A DNA stretch of 61,298 bases from Hugenholtzia roseola DSM 9546 (GTDB lineage Bacteria; Bacteroidota; Bacteroidia; Cytophagales; Bernardetiaceae): NCBI RefSeq assembly GCF_000422585.1, contig NZ_KE383880.1:128001-189298 (forward strand), written 5' to 3'. The notes under the pieces were generated by a model. That model did not search any database, had not been told where the DNA came from, and saw only the letters and a list, made by a program, of their open reading frames with translations. The first letter of the stretch is position 1; each line of letters opens with the position of its first letter. The translations under genes were made by a program, and so were the position numbers. Below are positions 39,730 to 49,667 of the stretch, one piece after another.

Positions 39730-40411
39730 AGAAGCGCGTATTAGAAAGAGGGCAATAGGGTAGAGAACTGCCTACAAACGTTGGCAGGAAAAGAATTTTT
39801 ATGTTTTTTTGGGAAAGCGTTTCAAAAAATAGACCAATGTAAGTTTTGGGCGCGTTTTTCTATCTAAAATTTATAGAAACAAACTTTCATAGCATTTTAA
39901 GGCAAAGAGGTTGTCCTTTTTTTATGTTTTAAAAAGGAACAGGTAGAAGAAGTACGATTTTTTTAGACGATAGAAAGACAAAATCGGCTTATTTCGGAAA
40001 GCATCAATCTATTTTTTACTTGCTATGTTGTGTCTTGTCGTGAGGTAAAGCAAAAATAAGCATTTTTTTTGTTTTTTGCACCTGAAAATCAGAAGTTTAG
40101 AAAAAAAAGAGAAGCACTTAGACCAACGCCCTTTTTAGGACTGTCAAAGTGTTTTTCGCACCGACAAATCTTTTTTTTACAAGCCCTTTTTGAGGCTTGA
40201 AAGTAAGTTTTAGCTTATTTTCCTACTTTCAAGCAAAAAATAAAATAAAAAGTGTGCAAGAGAGCTGTCTTTACTAACATTCCAGCTATAAACTAAGCAG
40301 GAAGATAGACAAAGGCAGTGAGTAAGAAGTGATATTTTTTCATTTTAAAAAAAACTAAAAAAAAAGAATGTATTTTATACAGTGGATATAAAAAATTGAT
40401 AGCGTACTAAG

Positions 40412-40450
40412 AAACAAACCTTCAAGAGGCGCACCTCTCGAAGGTTTTTC
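40412..40450. terminator. hairpin plus T-tract, probable intrinsic terminator downstream of the M16 peptidase gene
   Basis: ccttcaagaggcgcacctctcgaagg followed by tttttcttgttt, about 65 bp beyond the peptidase stop. Confidence 0.35.
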
Positions 40451-40514
40451 TTGTTTCCATCAGCCTTACTTGGGAGGCTCGATTTGGGTTTGTTTTAAAT
40501 CAGAAAATTCGCTT

Positions 40515-41846
40515 TTAGCCTTTTTTAGGCACATAATAAAGGACAACGCGATTTTCTTTGTTGAGGTATTTTTGTGCAACACGCTGAATATCTTGGCGCG
40601 TAACCTTTCTATACTTTTCTATTTCCGTATTGATAAGGTCTGCATCTCCGTAATAAACGTGATAGTTGGCTAAATTTTCAGCAATTCCCGCCATAGAGCT
40701 ATTTTGCGAATAGAATTGCGTTTCGATTTGGTTGATGAGCTTTTCATGTTCGCGCTCGGAAATAAGCTCATTTTTCACCTTTTCATACTCCTCGTCCATC
40801 GCCGCCTCTAAGGTTTCGGGGGTAGTTCCCGAACCTAAGTTTGCCAAAGCAAAGACCATCGACATGCTGGGCGAATCTTCCAATCCGAAGGGGAACGCAC
40901 CGATAAAAAGTGCCTTATTTTGCTTGTCTTGAATAGATTTGCGAAGGCGTGAGCTTTGTCCTTCTGAAAGCAGCGTCATGAGCATGCTTACGGCATAATA
41001 GTCGTCTTGGCGAATAGAAGGCGTTTTGTAGGCATGAATGACGGCAGGAAGCTGGATATTGTCTTCAATTACGCCTCTGCGCTCGGCAGTTTGCGGCTCT
41101 TCGGTTACGTTAGGGCGCGGAATTTCACCTTTTCCTTTTGGAATACTACCAAAATAAAGTTCGATTTTCTTTTTGGTTTCTTCAATATCAATATCGCCTG
41201 CAATAGAGAGTGTCGCATTGTTAGGGACATAGAAAGTTTCGTAGAAAGTCTTGTAGTCATTTTCTTGGGCGGCATCTAAATGCTCCATGTACCCGATAAC
41301 AGGCCACTTGTAGGGGTGCTTTTCATACGCCAACTTAAAGACGTTTTCCATCATCGTACCATAGGGCTGATTGTCGATGCGCTGACGGCGTTCTTCCTTT
41401 ACCACCTGACGCTGCGTTTCAATCCCGATATTATCCACTTTGGCATGCAGCATGCGCTCCGATTCGAGCCACAAGCCCAATTCAAGCTGATTCGAGGGCA
41501 ATAGTTCATAGTAGAAAGTGCGGTCAAAACTTGTATTGGCATTGAGCGTACCCCCTGCGCGTTCCACGTAATCGTCAAATTCGCCTCTGCCGATATTTTG
41601 AGAGCCTTCAAATAAAAGGTGTTCGAAGAAATGCGCAAAGCCTGTGCGGTCGGGGTTTTCATTTTTCGAACCCACGTGATACAAGACCGTAACAGCGACC
41701 AGCGGCACACTTTTATCTTGGTGCAAAATCACGTGTAAGCCGTTTTCGAGGGTGTATTCCGTAAATTCGACCTTTTTGGGAGTCTGTGCCAAAAGTGGCG
41801 AGCCTAACCAAAAAAGCAACAAAAGGAATGAAAATATTTTTTTCAT
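40515..41846 (-). CDS. M16-family zinc peptidase (pitrilysin/insulinase-like)
   Basis: Signal peptide. HFFEHLLFEGS (inverted zinc motif HxxEH). Confidence 0.85.
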   Translation of the reverse strand: MKKIFSFLLLLFWLGSPLLAQTPKKVEFTEYTLENGLHVILHQDKSVPLVAVTVLYHVGSKNENPDRTGFAHFFEHLLFEGSQNIGRGEFDDYVERAGGTLNANTSFDRTFYYELLPSNQLELGLWLESERMLHAKVDNIGIETQRQVVKEERRQRIDNQPYGTMMENVFKLAYEKHPYKWPVIGYMEHLDAAQENDYKTFYETFYVPNNATLSIAGDIDIEETKKKIELYFGSIPKGKGEIPRPNVTEEPQTAERRGVIEDNIQLPAVIHAYKTPSIRQDDYYAVSMLMTLLSEGQSSRLRKSIQDKQNKALFIGAFPFGLEDSPSMSMVFALANLGSGTTPETLEAAMDEEYEKVKNELISEREHEKLINQIETQFYSQNSSMAGIAENLANYHVYYGDADLINTEIEKYRKVTRQDIQRVAQKYLNKENRVVLYYVPKKG

Positions 41847-42046
41847 CGTTGCGAAAGGATTAAAGAAAGATTAGATTTGGGGATTGATATTTCAAAACTT
41901 GAAACCGACACCTCTTGATAGACAAGCAAAAGGCACTTGCCCCTTACCACTAAGTAAGATTTTCGCTATCAGTAGCCTTTTTTTAGTTTTTATTACAAGG
42001 CTGCACACAACTTTATCTAACCAACTCTTTATTTTTCGCTCTCTGA

Positions 42047-42739
42047 ATGGAAAAAAACACTGCCTCCGCTGCCATTTGGGATAAAATCGCGCATCTTTAC
42101 CAAAATGCCTTTTTTCACCTCGAATTGTACCAAGATTCCTATCTTTTGTTTTGCGATTTGCTACAAAATGCCTTTCCTACACAAGGGCAAAGCCTCCACT
42201 TGCTCGAAATGGGCTGTGGAATTGGCAACATTTCCCACCAAATTGCTACAATCCTAACCCAAAAAAAGATAGATTTCAGCATAGAAGCCTACGATTTTGC
42301 CCCCAACATGCTCGAATGGGCGCGAAAAAATAACGCCCACTTCCCACAAATTCATTTTGAGGTAGGCGAAGCCCAAGAGCTTTTACAACTGCCCAAACGC
42401 CAAAAAGCCTATCACGGACTTATTTCAGGGTTCTGCCTGCCTTATCTAAGCCCTAAGGAAACGCGCAAATTGGTAGAAGATAGTCATTTTCTTTTACAAC
42501 CAAATGGCTTACTTTACCTTAGTTTTATCGAGGGCGACCCACAACTTTCTGGTTGGCAGGAAAATGGGCAGGGCGATAAGTTCTTGATTTATTACTATCA
42601 AAGCTCTTTTTTTGAAAATTTATTTCAGGAAATTGGTCTTTTTTCTGTTTCAAAAATAGAAAAAAGCTACCCAAGAAAAGGCAGTACAGAAATTCATATC
42701 TTGCTCATTGCACAAAAAATTGCACAAAAAAAAGATTAG
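42047..42739 (+). CDS. class I SAM-dependent methyltransferase
   Basis: LLEMGCGIGNIS (motif I GxGxG). Confidence 0.6.
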   Translation: MEKNTASAAIWDKIAHLYQNAFFHLELYQDSYLLFCDLLQNAFPTQGQSLHLLEMGCGIGNISHQIATILTQKKIDFSIEAYDFAPNMLEWARKNNAHFPQIHFEVGEAQELLQLPKRQKAYHGLISGFCLPYLSPKETRKLVEDSHFLLQPNGLLYLSFIEGDPQLSGWQENGQGDKFLIYYYQSSFFENLFQEIGLFSVSKIEKSYPRKGSTEIHILLIAQKIAQKKD

Positions 42740-42823
42740 GAAATTAAAAATGTTTTTTTTGATTCTTCCAAAAATAACTCCCCCTTACGCCGCTTGTATC
42801 GCGCAAGCGACGCATTGAAAAAA

Positions 42824-43393
42824 TTAAAATGCCTCTCCAAATTCAATAAACGAAGGCGGCACTTCCTCTGCCAACCAAACGCCATTTTGGGCGCGATAAA
42901 AAGAGTGTCCTGCCTTTTGCATCTCTAAAGCCTTGATAATCAAGATTCTAACATTACCTTTTCGGCTTCCTACCTTCGTTGCCGTTTCTACATCAGCAGA
43001 AAGATGCACATATTGGCGCGTCTTTTTTTGTAGCCCTTCTTTTTTGATGCTATCCAAAAAATTGCGGCTTGTGCCATGGTACAAAATCGAGGGCGGCGTT
43101 TGGGGCAGCAAGCCCAAATCGAGGGTTTCTTTTGCAATAGAATGTCCCTGATTGGCGCGAATTTTTGTCCCACTTGCATCAAAGCTAAAACGCTGTTTGT
43201 CATTTTCCGCCACAAGTTGCGCCAGCGTAGGCAAATCGAGGGCAAAATCGGGCTTGTGTGCCTTCACTTTCAAAAGCAAATCCGCTACCCTTGCCCAACC
43301 CGCTTGGTCTAATTCCAAACCGACCACTTCGGGGCGATGACGCAAAAGCAGGCTCAAAAATTTACTTATTTTCTTAAAATTTTTGGTTTCCAT
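42824..43393 (-). CDS. kptA: RNA 2'-phosphotransferase (Tpt1/KptA)
   Basis: KISKFLSLLLRHRPEVVGLELDQAGWARVADLL...ILYHGTS...VHLSAD..., the KptA family. Confidence 0.8.
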   Translation of the reverse strand: METKNFKKISKFLSLLLRHRPEVVGLELDQAGWARVADLLLKVKAHKPDFALDLPTLAQLVAENDKQRFSFDASGTKIRANQGHSIAKETLDLGLLPQTPPSILYHGTSRNFLDSIKKEGLQKKTRQYVHLSADVETATKVGSRKGNVRILIIKALEMQKAGHSFYRAQNGVWLAEEVPPSFIEFGEAF

Positions 43394-43467
43394 TTGATTT
43401 TTCTGTTTTGTTTTTTCTATTTTGCAGGCACAAGCCTATCGCTTTTTCCAACAAAACTTTCTTTTTT

Positions 43468-44421
43468 ATGATTCCCGCCTTTCTAAAACCAAATGACAAA
43501 GTCTATCTTGTTGCACCTTCGGGAAAAATAGAATCTGAAAAAGTGCAATTTGCCCTTCATTTATTACAAAACGAATGGCATTTAAAACCTATCTTGGGGG
43601 CAGGGGTAGGGAAAAATCATTTTCGCTTTGCTGCCACAGACTCCCTTCGCCTTGCCGACCTGCAAATGGCACTAAACGATTTGGAGGCAAAGGCTATCTT
43701 CTGTTTGCGCGGCGGCTATGGCGTAAGTCGGATAATAGAAGATTTAGATTTTACCCTTTTTGCAAAAAATCCGAAGTGGCTCATTGGTTTTAGCGATATT
43801 ACTTTTTTACATTTAAAAATTGCTACTTTAAAAATTAGCTCTTTACACGCCATCATGCCATCGCAATGGCAATGGGAAGGTATAGAAAATAGCTTAGAAA
43901 ATTTGAAACAAGTTCTTTTTAAAAATTTTAATTTTGCACAAAAATACGAAGTTTTAGGTCAGTATTCGCCCTTACAAAGTGAAGGAAAAGTGCAGGGGCT
44001 TACGCTGGGCGGCAATTTGGCAGTCCTACAACATAGCTTAGGCACAGGCTATGAGCCTGATTTTGAGGGCAAAATTTTATTTTTAGAAGATATAGGCGAA
44101 AATTTGTATCGCATTGATAGAATGTTGGTGCAATTTGAAAGTGCAGGAATTTTATCAAAAATTGCAGGCTTAGTCGTCGGTAATTTTACAGGCAGTACAG
44201 AAACCGAAGAAGATTTTGGCGAAAATATTACACAAATTTTTCATAGGCATTGGAAAAAATATGCCGCTCATAAACCCTTGGGTTTTGGCTTTCCTATCGG
44301 ACATACTGCCGAAAACTACGCCATCTTCCACCACGCGCCCGCCCTGCTAACGGTAGATAAAGAAGGCGCAAGGCTTTGTTTTGAATTAGAAAATCAACAA
44401 AATAAATCGTCTTTTTTTTAG
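43468..44421 (+). CDS. ldcA: LD-carboxypeptidase (S66, muramoyltetrapeptide carboxypeptidase-like)
   Basis: LKPNDKVYLVAPSG...LQMALNDLEAKAIFCLRGGYGVSRII... ORF from 43408; Met at 43468 preferred. Confidence 0.75.
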   Translation: MIPAFLKPNDKVYLVAPSGKIESEKVQFALHLLQNEWHLKPILGAGVGKNHFRFAATDSLRLADLQMALNDLEAKAIFCLRGGYGVSRIIEDLDFTLFAKNPKWLIGFSDITFLHLKIATLKISSLHAIMPSQWQWEGIENSLENLKQVLFKNFNFAQKYEVLGQYSPLQSEGKVQGLTLGGNLAVLQHSLGTGYEPDFEGKILFLEDIGENLYRIDRMLVQFESAGILSKIAGLVVGNFTGSTETEEDFGENITQIFHRHWKKYAAHKPLGFGFPIGHTAENYAIFHHAPALLTVDKEGARLCFELENQQNKSSFF

Positions 44422-44428
44422 AAAAAAG

Positions 44429-45547
44429 TTAAAAAGGCTTTGCTATCACACCGCAAGAATGGTCAGTTTTTGCACCCGTAACAGAAGCCAACGCATTGGG
44501 GCGTTCCAAATAGCGCAGCAAACCTAAAAAGGCAAAGATAAGGGCTTCTTTGAAATCGGTAAGTTCTTGTGTCGCAATTTCTATTTGTACTTCGGGCAGT
44601 CGCAGAGCAAGTCTTTGAATAAGAAAACGATTCCACGCGCCGCCCCCTGTGATAAGCAAAGTTGTTTTATGATTTTTATCTATTTTTTCAATAATTTCGC
44701 TAATTTGATAGGCAATATGCTCGCAAAAAGTGTGCAGCAAGTCGGAAATAAGGTTTTCTTTCGATTTAAAAGTTTCATTTTGCGCTAAATAATTTTCTAA
44801 AATTGGAAAAATCTGACTTTCTACCCATTCCGCTCCCAAAGACTTAGGGTAGGGCGCGGCATAAAACGGCAGTTTAGAAAGCTCTTCAAAAAGGGCGGGC
44901 AAAAAGTTGCCACTTGCCGCCATTTTGCCCTCTGCATCATAGGGTTTATCGAGTTTTTGAGCCAAAAAATTCAAAACCATATTGGCAGGGCAGACATCAA
45001 AAGCAAGCCTTTTTCCTGCTATTTCAAAAGAAATATTCGCAATTCCTCCCAAATTCAGACAAAAATCTATGTCAGAAAAAAGTAATTTATCACCCATTGG
45101 CACTAAGGGTGCGCCCTGACCGCCCAAAGCTACATCTTGGCGGCGAAAATCATACACAACCGAAAGCCCCGTCTGTGCCGCCAAAAGCGAACCATTACCC
45201 ATTTGCAAAGTAAGCCCTTTTGCTGGTTGATGAAAAACGGTATGCCCATGAAAAGCGACTAAAAGCGGTATTTCCGACGATATTTCTGCTAAAAAATGAT
45301 TTACTTTTTCGGCTACCCACTGCGTCCATTCATTTTCATACATAAAAAAATCAAGTGCCGAAGCCGCTTTCAAAGCCGCCAAATGCCCCTTTTGCACCTC
45401 CGAATAAGGAAAAGTTTGCGTTTTCACCAATTCATAACGCCAAGCAAGCGAGTTTTTTGTACCCTTTACTTCCTCAAAACGAACTGCCGCCACATCTAAA
45501 CCATCAAGGGACGTTCCCGACATCAAACCTATGACCAAATAGACCAT
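44429..45547 (-). CDS. anmK: anhydro-N-acetylmuramic acid kinase
   Basis: VIGLMSGTSLDGLDVAAV..., the AnmK N-terminus. 372 aa. Confidence 0.85.
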   Translation of the reverse strand: MVYLVIGLMSGTSLDGLDVAAVRFEEVKGTKNSLAWRYELVKTQTFPYSEVQKGHLAALKAASALDFFMYENEWTQWVAEKVNHFLAEISSEIPLLVAFHGHTVFHQPAKGLTLQMGNGSLLAAQTGLSVVYDFRRQDVALGGQGAPLVPMGDKLLFSDIDFCLNLGGIANISFEIAGKRLAFDVCPANMVLNFLAQKLDKPYDAEGKMAASGNFLPALFEELSKLPFYAAPYPKSLGAEWVESQIFPILENYLAQNETFKSKENLISDLLHTFCEHIAYQISEIIEKIDKNHKTTLLITGGGAWNRFLIQRLALRLPEVQIEIATQELTDFKEALIFAFLGLLRYLERPNALASVTGAKTDHSCGVIAKPF

Positions 45548-45582
45548 ATTTTTTGCTACAATTTGGTTTTAATCTTTTATTT

Positions 45583-47520
45583 TTATAGCTTTATTCCCAC
45601 AATCGTAACGTCGTCGCGTTGGGGTTCTTTTTGTTTATGTGCCTCGAAGAACCGCTCCAAAATTTCTTTCTGGCGGCTCAAACTCTGCCTATGCACCTGT
45701 TCGAGGGTTTGGGCAAAGCGCAGACTGCCAAATTTTTCGCGAGCCGCATTGTTTTGGTCGGCAAAACCGTCAGTGGTGAGGTAGAGGATTTCGCCCTTGC
45801 GTAGGCTCAATACTTGGTTGTTAAAAGGCTGATTTTCAGACTTTTGTCTGCCTCCGATACCGCGCTTGTCCCCTTTTAGCAAGTGGAGTTTGCCATTTTT
45901 GGTGTAATAAAGCGTGCGTTTTGCACCTGCAAAGGTAACGATTTTCTGGTCTGTGCCATCATCGATGCAACAAAGACAAATATCCATGCCGTCGCTATTT
46001 TTGCCTTCTTGTTGGTGCAATGCGTTTTTGATTTCAATATGCAGCACTTCTAAAATCATGGCAGGGTCATAAATTTTGCTCTGCCCCACAATTTTATTGA
46101 GCAAAGTATGCCCAATCATAGACATAAAAGCACCGGGTACGCCATGCCCTGTGCAATCGACAACGGCAATAAAAGTGCGCCTTTTTTTGCGAAACAACCA
46201 ATAAAAATCGCCCGACACCAATTTTTGGGGCTTGTAAATCACGAAACTATCCTCGAAAAAAGCATTTAATTCCTCCTCGGTAGGCAAAACGGCTTCTTGA
46301 ATTTGCTGCCCATAGCGGATACTATCCATAATTTTTTCTTGCGAATGAGCAATTTGGTCAGATTGAAGTTGAATTTGAGCAATATTATTTTGTACTGTTT
46401 CAAGCATTTTAGCAAAATCATTAGAGAGCCAACCTATTTCATCATTGCTTTTTACTTGTTCTAATTTAATACTTTCTGAAAAATTATTTTTAATGACTTT
46501 ATGAATAGAATTAGATAATTTTCGTACAGGTTTGCTCAAATATTGTGTAACGAAAAGACTTAGTAAAATATTAGACACAATGCAAAGCAGCACTACGCCT
46601 ATAAGCGTGAGTTTGATGCGCTCTTTAAGTGCCAAACTTTTCTCGGTCGCCTCCTTCTGAATGTGGTCTATTGATTTTTGTATCTCCAAAGAAAGCACCG
46701 AAAACTCTTGCAACAAGCCATCACCTTTTTTAAGTCCTATTTTTTCTTCATAAGTTACTAATTGAGTAAAAGTATCGCGATAACTCGTGAGCAAAGCAAT
46801 CATTTTATCGCGCTCTTCTGGATTGCGCACCGAAAGGGCAATGTCCCTTCGCAGGCTATCTACCATGACTAAAAGTTTGGCGATATAAATTTTTTCTTTT
46901 CTAATAATAAAATCTTTTTCATAACGACGAATCATTAACATTTTTTCCTTGTCGAAAGGAAAAGGCGAAGATTCTATCCGATGGATATAACGCCTCATTC
47001 TGCCCTCTACACCAAAATCTTTGAAACCGCGCAAATTGATAAGCAAAATGAGGCTATCAAAGCGCGTTTCGTAGCGCACCAAAAGCCGCCTAATGTCTGC
47101 AATATCCATCTGAATAGCCAAATTGCTAATCTCTTTTCTATTTTCTAAGGTTTGAAGTTGCTGCAAAACCTCGCGCAACCTTTTTTTGCGCTCTTTCAAA
47201 TAAGGGCTATCTCCTTTCCGATAATATTCGGGGTTGATAGTTTCATTGCTAAAAAAATCTTTTTCTAAGGATTGTATTTTTACGACATTAAAATTGATTT
47301 TTCCTACCAAGCTCATAAACTCATCTATTTCGCTGCGGCGATAGTCAAACCAAAAAGTAACCATGATGATACAGCCCATCAAAAGCAAAAAGCTAAGAAA
47401 GGTAACTTCTAATTTGAACTTTAAACTCCTAAATTTCGAGGGCGTATCAGTAGGCATGCGCTTGGGTGCATTTTTTTGCTGCAAAGGTAAAGGCTTGCTT
47501 CTATGTTTTGATTGCCTCAA
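45583..47520 (-). CDS. membrane sensor: TM1, periplasmic domain, TM2, HAMP, coiled coil, SpoIIE/PP2C phosphatase
   Basis: Two TM helices (FLSFLLLMGCIIMVTFWF and LIGVVLLCIVSNILLSLFV). HAMP-like KPVRKLSNSIHKV...DEIGWLSNDFAKML. Then IRYGQQIQEAVLP, LVSGDFYW, VDCTGHGVPGAFMSMIG and TDGFADQ. Confidence 0.8.
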   Translation of the reverse strand: MRQSKHRSKPLPLQQKNAPKRMPTDTPSKFRSLKFKLEVTFLSFLLLMGCIIMVTFWFDYRRSEIDEFMSLVGKINFNVVKIQSLEKDFFSNETINPEYYRKGDSPYLKERKKRLREVLQQLQTLENRKEISNLAIQMDIADIRRLLVRYETRFDSLILLINLRGFKDFGVEGRMRRYIHRIESSPFPFDKEKMLMIRRYEKDFIIRKEKIYIAKLLVMVDSLRRDIALSVRNPEERDKMIALLTSYRDTFTQLVTYEEKIGLKKGDGLLQEFSVLSLEIQKSIDHIQKEATEKSLALKERIKLTLIGVVLLCIVSNILLSLFVTQYLSKPVRKLSNSIHKVIKNNFSESIKLEQVKSNDEIGWLSNDFAKMLETVQNNIAQIQLQSDQIAHSQEKIMDSIRYGQQIQEAVLPTEEELNAFFEDSFVIYKPQKLVSGDFYWLFRKKRRTFIAVVDCTGHGVPGAFMSMIGHTLLNKIVGQSKIYDPAMILEVLHIEIKNALHQQEGKNSDGMDICLCCIDDGTDQKIVTFAGAKRTLYYTKNGKLHLLKGDKRGIGGRQKSENQPFNNQVLSLRKGEILYLTTDGFADQNNAAREKFGSLRFAQTLEQVHRQSLSRQKEILERFFEAHKQKEPQRDDVTIVGIKL

Positions 47521-47847
47521 TATTACCTTTTTGAGAAAGTTTCCCTAAAAAAACTCAAAAATTGCCCCTTTTCAAAAGACAATAGAAAGCCCATTGGCTG
47601 CCTTTTTTTCGCATTTTTTCTCAAAAATTTACTATTTTTTCACTTTTTCGCCGCTTTTTCAGAAAAAGACAAACTAAGCCTTTCTTTTCTGCGTTGTGTT
47701 ACAAAAAATTAACCGTATGCTAACCGAGCTTTTTGTGCTGATGCGCTACAAAATCCCTAACTTGCACACGTTTAGCCCCGACCTTTCCAAACGCACATTT
47801 TTTGCCTTTATCCTACCCGATTGATTTAACTTCTAAACCGCTTTTTT

Positions 47848-48090
47848 ATGCCCACAATCCGCATTTCTACCCCCCAAGAAGAGCCAACGCTTTATGAGCA
47901 GCAAATGGAGCGTTTGATGCAAAATCTACAAGAAGATTACGAGCAACTTCTAAAACAGACCTTTTTTAGCAACCAACAACCTGTTAATCCCCTGAATTTG
48001 AGAAAGTTACGCGACATGACGCGCCGTATCAACGAGCATTGTAGCGCACTTTTGGCATATCGTGAGAAGATAGAACATTTGAAAAAATAA
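47848..48090 (+). CDS. small hypothetical protein (80 aa)
   Basis: ORF with ordinary composition upstream of recF; no recognised family. Confidence 0.3.
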   Translation: MPTIRISTPQEEPTLYEQQMERLMQNLQEDYEQLLKQTFFSNQQPVNPLNLRKLRDMTRRINEHCSALLAYREKIEHLKK

Positions 48091-48289
48091 GCCCTTTCAA
48101 TATCATAAAAAACGGCTATGTTTATAGACTTTTACGGAACTAATCGGAAAACTGGTTAGTTCTATTTTTTATTTTTATATTTTTTTCGTATTTTTTAAAT
48201 CTAAAAATTTATACCTCCCCTATCCTGCAAGACTTTTTTTCACAAAAATCAAAGCCCTGCTGCTTTCCCCGTTGATGTTAAGTTCTGGA

Positions 48290-48456
48290 AAAAGTCTTGT
48301 TTTTCGAATGAGAAACAAAATAAAATTTGGGCTGAACCTTATTTTTTGGCAGGAAAACTCTTTTTTATTTCAATCTCACGACAGGTAGGGCAGTAGCTTA
48401 TCCCTATCTTTCCACCTACTAACTTTTAGAATTTAATACCACTGCCGCTTTCCCTC
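48290..48456 (+). repeat. MITE-like hairpin repeat, copy 4 (variant central hairpin)
   Basis: ...cgaatgagaaacaaaataaaatttgggctgaacc...tttcaatctcacgacaggtagggcagtagcttatccctatc...tttagaatttaataccactgcc. Confidence 0.7.
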
Positions 48457-48539
48457 CATTTTGTAGAGTGGCTTCTTTATTTTTGTTGTAATTTTGGCAC
48501 ACTTTCCACTACCTATTACTCACCGCTACGCGCCCTCCT

Positions 48540-49655
48540 ATGAATTTTGACGAGAGTTCTGAAAAAAACATTCAAACTTTATGGCTTAAAGAAATTCACT
48601 TACATAACTTTAAAAGTTATGAAGAAAAAAAGTATGCTTTTTCATCTAAAATAAACTGTATCGTAGGTGAAAATGGCGTAGGCAAGACCAATCTATTAGA
48701 TGCCATTCACTACCTCTGTATCGGAAAAAGTGCTTTTTTGGGTACAGAAAGCCAACAAATTAGGCAGGGAGCTAATTTTTTCGCCCTCAAAGGCAAATTC
48801 GAACAAGAAAAAAGAGAAGAAGTCGTACTTTGCAGTTTGGAAAAAGGAAAGAAAAAAGAGCTAAAACTAAACAAAATACCCTACAAAAAAATTAGCGAGC
48901 ATGTAGGAAAACTGCCCTGTGTGCTTCTACAACCGCAGGATACCGACCTGATTCGTGAGAGTAGCGAATTTAGGCGTAGTTTTTTCGACAATTTGCTTTC
49001 CCAAACCAGTCAGCCCTACCTGCAAGCCCTTATTTTATACCAACATACGCTCAAACAACGCAACAGTCTTTTGAAACAGTGTCATGAATTAGGAAAAAAA
49101 GTAGATAAAAATTTGATAAAAATATACGATTCTATTTTGGTTGAGAAAGGAAACTTTATTTTCGAGATGCGGCGCAAGATGATACAAAAATTTAATGTTT
49201 TTTTTCAAAAATATTATCAAGATTTGGCACAAGAAAAGGAAGCCGTTTCGTTGGAATACCGTTCTGAATTAGACAAAGAACCCTTAGCGCAGTTGCTCAA
49301 AGATAGCCAAGCGGACGATTTGCGGCTTTTGCGTACTACCAAAGGGGTTCATAAGGACGATTATGTTTTCTTACTTCATACAAAAAGTTTAAAAATTTAT
49401 GGTTCGCAAGGACAACAAAAAACCTTTGTCATTGCCCTACAATTTGCCAAAAGCGACTATCTCTATGCGGAAAAAAACTGTCCGCCTTTGTTGCTCTTAG
49501 ACGATATCTTCGATAAACTCGATGATAGCAGAATTGAAAAATTAGCGGAAATCTTACATCAGGAAAGAATGGGTCAAGCCTTTATTTCTGATGCACGCCC
49601 CGAACGCAGTCAGGCTATTTTTCAAACAGGTCATTTTATTTCTATTCCCTCCTAA
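48540..49655 (+). CDS. recF: DNA replication and repair protein RecF
   Basis: LKEIHLHNFKSYEEKKYAFSSKINCIVGENGVGKTNLLDAI (Walker A), typical RecF. Confidence 0.9.
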   Translation: MNFDESSEKNIQTLWLKEIHLHNFKSYEEKKYAFSSKINCIVGENGVGKTNLLDAIHYLCIGKSAFLGTESQQIRQGANFFALKGKFEQEKREEVVLCSLEKGKKKELKLNKIPYKKISEHVGKLPCVLLQPQDTDLIRESSEFRRSFFDNLLSQTSQPYLQALILYQHTLKQRNSLLKQCHELGKKVDKNLIKIYDSILVEKGNFIFEMRRKMIQKFNVFFQKYYQDLAQEKEAVSLEYRSELDKEPLAQLLKDSQADDLRLLRTTKGVHKDDYVFLLHTKSLKIYGSQGQQKTFVIALQFAKSDYLYAEKNCPPLLLLDDIFDKLDDSRIEKLAEILHQERMGQAFISDARPERSQAIFQTGHFISIPS

Positions 49656-49667
49656 TTTTTTTTTAAG

